The translations under genes were made by a program, and so were the position numbers. Of a DNA stretch of 64,000 bases, positions 1-10,100 are shown piece by piece. Positions within the stretch are counted from its first letter, which is position 1. Every line of letters begins with the position of its first letter. Under the pieces are notes generated by a model. The model saw nothing but the letters and a program-made list of their open reading frames with translations, was not told where the DNA came from and made no database searches. Source of the stretch: a virus (lineage: Duplodnaviria > Caudoviricetes); IMG/VR virus record IMGVR_UViG_3300033069_001745, positions 17,161 through 81,160 of that record; one strand, given 5' to 3'.

Positions 1-1
1 G

Positions 2-556
2 TCCAACCGAGGCGGGCTTTCGGGGGTCGAACTACTCTCGGTGACTAACGGTCTAGCTCTGGCCGAGCCGCCCAACGCGCACCACTGGTCCCAGGACTAC
101 ACCTTCGACGCCGCCCCTCGTGACGTGGACGTAGCAGTGCAGCGGTGGCGCCTCATCACCAACGATCTGTGGGTGCACGCCGCCCGACGTATCAAGCTCC
201 GGGCCTACTTCGCCGTCATCCTCAACCCGGGCTACGTCGCCGCGGCCGTCGAGAGTGCGGTCTACACGGCGCTCCAGACGTTCACCCAAGAGGTGAGCTT
301 CCGGAGCGTGCTCCAGGCGTCCGATGCTCTGGCGGTGGTTCACGCCGTCCCCGGGGTAGATGCGGTGCGGTTCACCACCAGCACCGACAATGCCGTGAAC
401 TACGCCTGGCAACGGGTAGCGCCCAGCGGTGCCGTCTTGGAGACCTACGCGACGAGCGGGCGCGCCATTGACATCGAATGCACTGACGATACGGTCATCG
501 ACCTTGATGCGGTATCGCTCATTGTGAAGGCTCCGAATACCTGGAGCACTGTCTAA
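2..556 (+). CDS. Baseplate J/wedge-like protein, C-terminal part (5' truncated by window edge)
   Basis: Frame is open from position 2. Text such as 'FRSVLQASDALAVVHAVPGVDAVRF' fits baseplate J C-termini, and it lies directly upstream of tail genes (TAATG coupling). Confidence 0.6.
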   Translation, partial: SNRGGLSGVELLSVTNGLALAEPPNAHHWSQDYTFDAAPRDVDVAVQRWRLITNDLWVHAARRIKLRAYFAVILNPGYVAAAVESAVYTALQTFTQEVSFRSVLQASDALAVVHAVPGVDAVRFTTSTDNAVNYAWQRVAPSGAVLETYATSGRAIDIECTDDTVIDLDAVSLIVKAPNTWSTV

Positions 557-1170
557 TGGCCGACAGCATTCAGGGAGAGCAGCGTCCTGGGTATGCCCCG
601 CTTCGACCGGGGATCGAGGAAGCCACCGGGCTTCTCATCGCACCGCAGACCGTCGAGCGGCGCATGCGCCACTTCCCCGAAGAGGTGTACGACACCTCAC
701 CGAACACGCACCTGTACCGCTTCGTGGCGGCCTTGGTGGGCGATTCGGGGGCGGGGCAGCTCAAGAAGCGCCTGGTGATGCAGCGGTTGGCGTCAACGCT
801 CCAGGGCACGCACTTCTACGACCTCGACCGGTTCTACGGTGCTCTGCTCGGGCTGGACCGCCACATCGGGGAGCAGCTCTCCTCCGACCCCTACACCACG
901 CCCCAGACCACCGATGCGTGGCAGCGCATGGCCGACCGGGACGGTTCGTATCGCTCCCGCATCGAGCAATTCGCCCGGGCCATCAACTACGGGGCCACTG
1001 CCGTTGGTCTGGAGTTGATCGCGGAGGCCATCCTCGGCGCTGATGTCGAGATTGCAGAGAGCTTTGAATGGGCTGACGTGCGAGCCCAGTCCTACAGCCA
1101 AGTGGAGTCCCTCGGCACCTACGGTGATTTGGAGGCGTACACCTATGGTGACCTTGAGGTGCAAGCATGA
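556..1170 (+). CDS. Baseplate wedge / phage tail protein I-like, N-terminal portion
   Basis: Shows 'LDRFYGALLG...YRSRIEQFARAINYGATAVGLELIAEAILGADVEIAE', typical of P2 gpI-like proteins, and TYGDLE repeats at the C-terminus; follows the baseplate J-like gene. Confidence 0.55.
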   Translation: MADSIQGEQRPGYAPLRPGIEEATGLLIAPQTVERRMRHFPEEVYDTSPNTHLYRFVAALVGDSGAGQLKKRLVMQRLASTLQGTHFYDLDRFYGALLGLDRHIGEQLSSDPYTTPQTTDAWQRMADRDGSYRSRIEQFARAINYGATAVGLELIAEAILGADVEIAESFEWADVRAQSYSQVESLGTYGDLEAYTYGDLEVQA

Positions 1171-1188
1171 TGGGGATAGGTGATCACG

Positions 1189-4100
1189 GTGGCTGTTGAC
1201 TTCAGGGCGCTCTATCTCCAGAAGTACCCAGCGGGCGGGACCACGCTCTATGTCAGCGCGTCCGGCAACGACTCGAACCCCGGAACTCAGGCCAGCCCCA
1301 AGCGCCAGATCCAATCCGCCATCAACGCCATGCCTTCAGGCGGCGGCATCATTTACGTTGGTGACGGTAACTACGACGGTTTTTCGTTCTACGCCCGGAA
1401 CTTCAGTGCCAATAGCTGGTGTCACGTCATCTCCCAGAATTACCTGGGGGCAAAGATCGGCGGTGGTATCGGATTCACTCAGAGTAGCTTCGCTGGCATC
1501 TTCGGTCTCGAAGTCAACCCGAACAACCAGGGTGTCAACTGCGTCAGCATCCAGACGACGACGCACAACATCGCAGTGTGGCGGTGCTGGACCCGTAACG
1601 GCCAGGTCGGCATCGGTGCCATGGGCAACCAGGGCGACAGCTCAGCGGCGTGCAACAACGTCTACATCTGCTACAACATCGTCAGCGACAACGCCAAGGC
1701 CACGGTTGACCCTTTCGGCTCCAGTGGTATCAGCTTCTACGACCCGTGGCAGAAGGCGATCTTCCCAGCGAGCACGGGCCCCGACCAGTACGGCTACAGC
1801 AATTACATCGTCGGAAATCTCGTCGTCTGGAACTACCAGAACGGCGAATATGTAGACGGTAATGGCATCATCATCGACGATGGCAACCACACGCAGAACT
1901 ATGGTGGCCCGTCGGGCAATGTCTACACCGAACGTACCCTCGTCATGGGTAATCTCACCGTCAAGAACGGTGGGCGAGGTATCCAGATCTTTGAGACGAG
2001 AAATGTTGACGTCGCCTTCAACACCTCGGCGTACAACAGTTGGAGGAAGAACGATTCTGCCTTCTACGGCGAAATCGGGTATAACGCAGCCTGGGGCGGG
2101 CGCATGCTGCACAACCTCTCGTACCCCGATGCCAACAATGCCTATTGGTTCAGCTACTACAACGCTGATGACATCGAGAACACCGGCAACGTGTTCCTGC
2201 GGGGCCCGCAGTACAACGCCAACGGCAACTACCCAGCGATTGACCGTACTGCTGACGGGCTGAACTACTTCAAGAACAACGCTCCGACGGTCTCGTCTGA
2301 GTGGTCGGGGATGACCTTCACTCAGGCCGACCAGTGGCGCCCTGACGGCGGCTCGGGCGGGATCAACAAGGTCACACTCTCCCAGACGCTCTACGACGCC
2401 TTCTCGCCCTGGCCCGACATGTTCGGTGACCTGCGCCCGGCTCGCACCACGGGATGGGCCACCGGGTTCTCCGAGAGCACAGGCGGTACGGGGACCAACC
2501 CCGGCCCGGTGGCTGCGTTCACCGTGTCGAATCTCACCCCGGGTACCGGCGAGGCCGTCCAGTTCACCGACACCTCGACCGGTAGCCCGACCTCGTGGAA
2601 CTGGAACTTCGGCAACGGCGCTTCGTCGACTTCCCAGAGCCCGAGCTATACCTTCACCACGGCGGGCACCTACACGGTCGTCTTGACCGCGACGAACACC
2701 AATGGGTCGTCACAGTCCACCCAGTCCGTCGTGGTCTCCGAGACCACCCAGGGCCCGGGGCTCGTCACGCACCCCGCCCTGGGCAAGCCTGGTCACTTGC
2801 TGACCTCAACTCAGGTCAGCACGACCAACTCGGGCCACCCGATCTATCGCATCAGCTATCAGATGACCTCGATCACGGGGACGATCGTCTCTGCCTCGGG
2901 TCTCGTGGCGGTGCCGTCGGGTACCGCCCCGAGTGATGGTCGACGGGTGATCCTGGCGGGCCACGGGGCCACCGGCACCAACGATGCGGCAGCGCCGTCC
3001 TATAGCCCGAACACTGGGGCGTTCTCGGGCTCGGTAGGCGATGTGGACGCCTGGCTCAACGCCGGGTTCATCGTGGCCCAGGCCGACTACGAGGGTCTCA
3101 CCTACGGGGGCGACAGCAGCTTGCCCCACCCGTACATGGTGGGTGTCTCCGCCGGGCGTTCACTCCTCGACTGCGGCATCGCCTGCTCCGGTCTGACCAC
3201 CGTCCGGCGCTCGGCCGCCTCGGTGGGCTTCTCCCAGGGTGGACACGCTTCGCTCTTCGCCGGTGAGCTGGCCGACACCTACGCGGTGACCGATTCGGGT
3301 TCGGTCGAGTTCAACGTTCCCGCATTTCCTTCGGGAACCCCGATCAACGTCACCACGCTCGGGGTCTCGGCGTCATCGGGGGCCAACCAGCAGACCGCCA
3401 TTCAGAACGCGTTGAACAACGCGGCGAGCGGGTCGATCATCCAGTTCCCCGCCGGGACCTATTTGCACTCCGGCGTGCTCCAGATCAACAAGCCACTCAC
3501 CATCTTCACGACGGCCGGGGCCATCTTGCGCGGTACCGATCCGCTCAACATGGCGATCCAGGTCAATGCCGATGACGTTCGCATCGAGGGGTTCACCGTC
3601 GAGGGCGTTGGCACCTCGCGTGAGAGCAACGACGACACCCGAGGCGGCATCGCCATCTTGGGCCGGGCCCGTACGGTCATCAAGGGCTGCACGATCAAGA
3701 AGTCGAGCGCTGCCGGTCTGTACATCGACGGGGCCAGCGATTACTACATCATCAACAACAGCGTGCAGAACACGCTCTCTGACTCGATCCACAACACCGG
3801 TTCGTCGCACCACGGCTACGTGCTGAACAACACCGTCACCGGTTCGGGCGATGACAACATCGCTATCGTCAGCTACGGCGGCCAGGACTGCAACAACATC
3901 ACCGTGTTCGGAAACACCGTGACCGGTGGCAACGCCCGTGGTCTCTCGGTCGTCGGTGGGCGCGACTGCATCTTGCAGGGCAACACCGTCACCAGCTCGT
4001 CAGCGGCGGGCATCTACATTGCTTCCGAGCCTAGCTATTCGACGGAAGGCGTCTCGAATATCATCATTCGAGATAATGCGCTCTCTGGGTGTAATACCGA

Positions 4101-7100
4101 CGTAGCCAGAAACCACGGCGGCATCTTCTTGTGGGGTGGCCGACCGGGCAAGCCCGTCAACAACGTCCATATTCACAACAACACCATCTCCGGCACGATC
4201 GCCGGTGGTGCCCACATGGTGGTGCAGGGCGATCAGGTCACGGCGACCACGATGACCAACAACGCCACGTCGGGGGCGAAGCAGCATCGCTACATCGAGG
4301 CAGCGGCGGGCCAGTGGTCGGCTGCCGGGAACACCCACAATGGCTCACCTGTGGCCGACGTAGGTACCGCGATCCCTCCGGCGAACGCATCGACCCCGAC
4401 CCCGATCTTCACGCAATTCTGTGCCGTCGGCTTTGATCCGGTCGTTACTTCGCACTACGTCAATCTGATCTACCAAGCCCAGGGTTCACCGCAATACCTG
4501 GCATCCATCATCTACGGATCATGGATCGAGAACAGCTCTCTGACTCGTACGGTCGTGCTCTCTTCGGGGGCATCGAGCAACCTACCTAACCTCTTGACGT
4601 GGGACTTCAACACCACGGCATCCAACATCAACTTCGGTAACGGGTCGTTCATCGCGAACCCGACCACCGCCGGAGGCGGCTGGGGCGCCGCCATGACCAA
4701 GAACACCCCGGGGCAGCGCAAGGCCCGTCCCAGTCGGGTCTATGCCCCGAACGGTGGCTTGGGCGGCGGTTCAACCTGGCTCTCCGCCGCGCAGACGGCG
4801 GGCACCAACGCATCGTTGGTCACCGGCTCGGGTGGCCACGAGATCATCATGGTCTCCGACGCCATCGCCTGGGTGACGAGCACACTGAACAGCCAGGGTG
4901 GCGGCGGTGGTCCCCAGGTCCCTGCGGCCAACTTCTCATGGACGCCGACGAGCCCACAGCAGAACGAGTCGGTGCAGTTCACTGACACGTCGACCAACGC
5001 GCCAACATCGTGGTTGTGGCAGTTCCCCGAGCCCGGTCAGGGCGAGGCGCAGTGGGCCACGTCGACCCAGCGCAACCCCACGAGGACCTACACCACCACT
5101 GGCACCAAGACGGTCATCCTGACCGCCACCAACACCGCCGGGTCTTCGACATCGACCAAGACCCTCACTGTGGTGGCTCCCGGTCCGCCGGTGGCCAACT
5201 TCACCACGACCCCAACGGTGGGTACGGTCGGCCAGTCAGTGCAGTTCACCGACACCTCATCGGGCTCGCCCACGTCGCGCTCGTGGGAGTTCGGTGACGG
5301 CACCACCTCGACGGCCCAGAACCCGACGAAGACCTACAGTGCGGCGGGCACCTACAACGTCTCGCTGACCGCTGCCAACGGCCAGGGGTCGCACACCGTC
5401 TCTCGTACGTTCACCGTCAACCAGCCGTCGGTGGTGGACGTCTACCAGGCGGAGAACGCCCAGATCGTCAGCTCGATGTATCCCGGCGACCCCGAGGGCA
5501 TGCACGTCGTCTCCGAGGCCCCGGGATACACCGGCACGGGCTACATGGGTTACTGGGGCCAGCCCAACGAGATCCTTCGATTCTCCATCCCCGGGGCCAC
5601 CGCTGGGCAATATTCGGTGAAGTGGCGCTATCAGAAGTGTGATTTCGATACCCCGACCAGTTTGCAACTGTGGGTAAACGGCGCTCAAGTGAGCGTTGTG
5701 CAATTCAGTCGAACGGGTACCGACTGGCTCGGAAACACCTGGATTGAATCTCCTGCATTGACACTCAATTTCCAGTCGGGTACCAACACCGTCGAATTGC
5801 GACACGTCGATCAGGACTGGCTCTACGTCGATCTCGACTACATGTCGGTGCAGTCCCTCACGCCGCCTGGGAACCCGCCGGTGGCCAGCTTCACCCGGAC
5901 CCCGACCGGGGCGGTGGAGACCGGGGTGAACATCAGCTTCACCGACACCTCGACTGGTAGCCCCACTTCCTGGAACTGGGACTTCGGGGATGGGACCACG
6001 GCGACCTCCCAGAACCCGACCAAGACCTACACCGGGGCCGGGAGCTACACCATCACGCTCCAGGCGGTCAACCAGTACGGCACGGCGAGCACGACATCCA
6101 CGATCACCGTCACTTCGCCCCCGCCGGTGCCCCAGCCTCCGGTGGCAGCATTCTTGGCGTCGGCCACCCAGGTCACGGTTGGCCAGGTCGTCACGTTCAC
6201 CGATCAGTCGACCAACGCTCCGAACTCCTGGCACTGGAACTTCGGGGATGGTGTGACGACGACGGCGCACAACCCGACACACGCCTGGACGGCCCCCGGG
6301 ACGTACTCGGTCACTCTTATCGCGGCCAACACCGACGGCTCCGACGATGTCTCTCGACAGATCATCGTCATCGCTCCGCCGGTCCTCGAACCCGGCGACC
6401 CAATTCCGATCAACCGCTTCGAGTTCACCGTGATGCCCAAGCGGGGCCTCTCGCTGGCCGAAGAGGTGAACCTGCGCCGAGTGCTCTCGTTGTTCAAGCC
6501 CGCTGCAACCCGGTTGCACGTGCAACCTCTCGGGGATGCGGCGATCGACGACGTGCCGGTGATCCGGGTTGCTGCCGACTCCGAATGGTGGGAGGTGGTG
6601 GGCTCGGTCGTCACCCGTCCCGGTACGGAGTGGGCCTACGCCGATCCGGGTGACGTGACCACGCCTCGGGAGCAGCCCCGGCCCCCGTTCGCCTCCTACC
6701 AGGGTGAGCACTGGTCTTATGCGGGCGACGTGGCCAACATCGTGGCCTACGCCGATGACGTGGGTCAGCTCCGACAAAACTATTTCCAGCGGGTTGCCTA
6801 CGCCGACGGGACCTTCTTCGATTTCCGCCCCGACCTCGGGTGCCGGTGGCCCCAGGACGCCATCACCGAACTGTTGGCCAGTGACGGCGCCCTCGTTGCT
6901 CACCCCTTGGCCATCGAGCACACCTCGGGGAAAGAGCGGTGGGTGGATAGGGTCGGTCCCGTCCGGACACGAACCTCAATCTCTACCTCAGGTATACTCC
7001 CGCTGTATTTCAACGGGGTTTCGATTGAGGATTTGGCCCAGCGGGCCGACTCCATCTTCTCCGTGCATCGGCGTCAGGCCGGAGTACCCCAGCGGTTCTG

Positions 7101-10100
7101 GAGCACCACCGAGCGTCCCAAGCACGATCCGATCATCGAGTGCCTGGAGATTCGCCTCCGGTCGTCCCAGCGAGTGAACCGGGTCAAGTTCGAGCTGGCC
7201 CACTTTCCTCAGCGGGCGTGGTGTGAAGCATGGTCGGACGCCACCGAGAGCTGGCGCCCAGTGTGGACCTCCAACATCGTCGACTCGATCCCGTCCAACC
7301 TCGTGAACCGAGTCGATTCCATCGACCACCTGCACCCTCAGCATTCGCTATCGGGACACTGGGTGGAGTACGACCTCACGATCGATCCCACGGTGGCCTC
7401 TCGCTGGCGTCTGCGGTTGCAACGCCTGGCTACCGGGACTCCGCCCCTCAATGCGGCGGGCAAAGAGTCGGACTACAGCCTGGGCGTGCGAGGGTTCGAC
7501 CTGAGCTACCACATCGCTGACCGAATCGACATCCCCCGCTTGCCGGTGGGGGAGCCGGTGGGTACTTCGGTCGACCCCCTCGGCAGTCGCATGCTCTACT
7601 CGGTGCGCGAGCGCCTGGCCCCGTTGGCAATCGACGGCGACTCTTCAACGGCGTGGCTCTCCGAGCCCCAACCCACGGCACGAGCAGTCGTCAACTTCTA
7701 TGCCGATGTGCGCACCTCGGGTGGTGACGGTCAGATCATCGACCGTTGGTACCTCGACCCGATCAAGCCGGGGCCAACCCTCAACCTCTACTACAGCAAC
7801 GACACCGCCCTGGGCCGCCACCCAGCCGTTGACACGCCGCTCGGGATCGAGAAGGTCGAGGCCGAAGGGCTGTACACCGCCATTGACGACGGCATCAGCT
7901 TCGACGGCGCTGCCCCCGCCTACTTCCTCATCGATAATTCGCTGATCCAGTTTGATCACACGCGTGATTGGTGGATCGGGGTCGAGGTGCAGCCGCGATT
8001 CTCCGGTGACAACGCCGACAGCGCGATCTTCAGCTTCGACCAGTTCACCTGCCAGTTCTCCGATCAGTCGATCGTCTTTGCCACCCCGGGCGGCGGTGAC
8101 ACCGTGCTCCCGCTGTCGTGGTCCGATGGGCAGGTGATTCGCCTCGTCGTGGAGTACCGAGCGAGCCAGCGCACCATCTCGATCTCCGCCCAGGTGACCT
8201 ACGGCGATATCGAGTCGATCACCCAAACACTCCCGATGACGCTCGTCGGATCGATCCACACTCTGCGCATCGGGGTCGACCCCGGTCTCTCCATCCCGCC
8301 GGATTTTGTCATCCGCAAGCTGGTCATCAACCAAAGCGGATTGGAAGACCTAAATGATTTCCTGAGCGATCCTGACGGGTACGTCGTCAAGGCCGTGCAT
8401 GCGGTGGTGGACACCGGGCGCACCAACGGCGCCATCCTCCGGATGCACCGGAACTTCGTCGACCCGGAGAGCAACCCCTTCGGGTTGGTCGGCGGTCCAG
8501 GAAACGGGTTCGCCGCACTGCGCTGGACCCCGATCCCCCGAGACTACCGCCTTCAGAAGGGGTGGCTCGACATCCCGCCGATCAAGGCGCGGTTCTGGAA
8601 GTTCGAGTTCAGCCAGCTCGTCATTGAGCCCATCGAGGTGCGCATGCCCCTGCACCGGGCGGTGCAGGTGTTCCCTCAGGTGGCGCAGAGCACCCACGTG
8701 GTGACTCGCGAAGACCCGACGATCGACATCCCGGCCTTTGATGAGTTCTCTCGGCAGTGGCGCACCTACAGCGACACGCCTTCGCTCACCCCCGAGCCCG
8801 ACCAGACGAAGATCATGCCGACGGCGTTGCTCTATTCCTCGGACCCCAGTGGCGTGCAGCGCTTGCGCTCGCAGTCGTGGTCACACGGGTTCACCGATTG
8901 GCACGTCGGCTCGGATCGTCCCCGGTTCCTCCAGGAGGGCGTGCACACTTACGACACGATCATCTACGAGCAGGCGGAGAAGATCGGCTTCTTCGTCGGG
9001 CTCAAGGAGATTCGAGCGGCCCGTACCTCGCACCGCGGGGTGGACAACCCGATGGTGATCAACGAGCGCCTCCACGACGCCACCCGGCTGGCGGTCAACC
9101 AATGGTCGCACACCGCAGGCAACCTGTGGTCGGGCTCTTCGATCACCAACCCGGCGGTTGTCGAGTCGGCCATCATCCCGACTCGTACCCGCATCAGCGC
9201 CTTGCAGTTCGCTGCCCAGATTTCCGACCCGGTGCAGCTCCTGCCCGATGACCAGTTCCGCTCGCCCCGTCTGACGGACTACAACTGGACCGATCCTCAG
9301 GGCTGGCAGCAGATCGGGGATGCCTGGATCGAGTACCGCACCTACGACCAGCAGGTGCTCATCCGCCGGGCATATCTCCCGCCGGTCACGGCGGACCCCC
9401 TCGATCAAGGGATCGTTCGTGACATTGTGCACCCGGTGTTCTCCACCCGTGGCGCCCCCGAGAGCATCCTCCCCAGTGACTTTCCGGGAACCGTTTTCTA
9501 CAGCATGGATTTCGATGCGCCAAACGGTACCGACCCGGCGACGCTCCCACATGCTAATTTCAAGTCGTCTTCTACTGGTGGTTATCTTACCATCCAGAAT
9601 AATCGCCTCAAGAGCGTCTACGGAACGGCGGCAGCGTACGGTGCTGTCAATCAATTCGCAACTACGCAACTACCTACCAAGGATATCTCCGCAGTCTTTG
9701 ACGTAACGGTTGGCGATACCTCTCGTGAACATTTTGTGTTGCTCCTATGGAATCACGATTTCGTTGCGGCTGGGTGGGTATTACGAATCGAACCATCAAG
9801 CAACCAAATAAGACTGTTAACTCAGTCCGGCGGTGTTATGACGGCTGTCGCTGTCGCTCCGGTCACGATGGTGTCTGGAGAGACGTGGCGGATTCGCTTG
9901 GAGCACCGGAACAACCAAGTCAAGGTTCGTACCTGGACCGGGCTCATCGAACCGACGGCCTGGAATATCTCCTACAACTCCTCTTGGGTTCCCGCCACGA
10001 CCTACGGCGTGCAGTTCTTCTTCTACGGAGGTAACGCTGCCCGGGGCGCCACGGAGAACCCCGTGTACATCGACAACCTCGTGCTCTCGGACAAGTGGTG

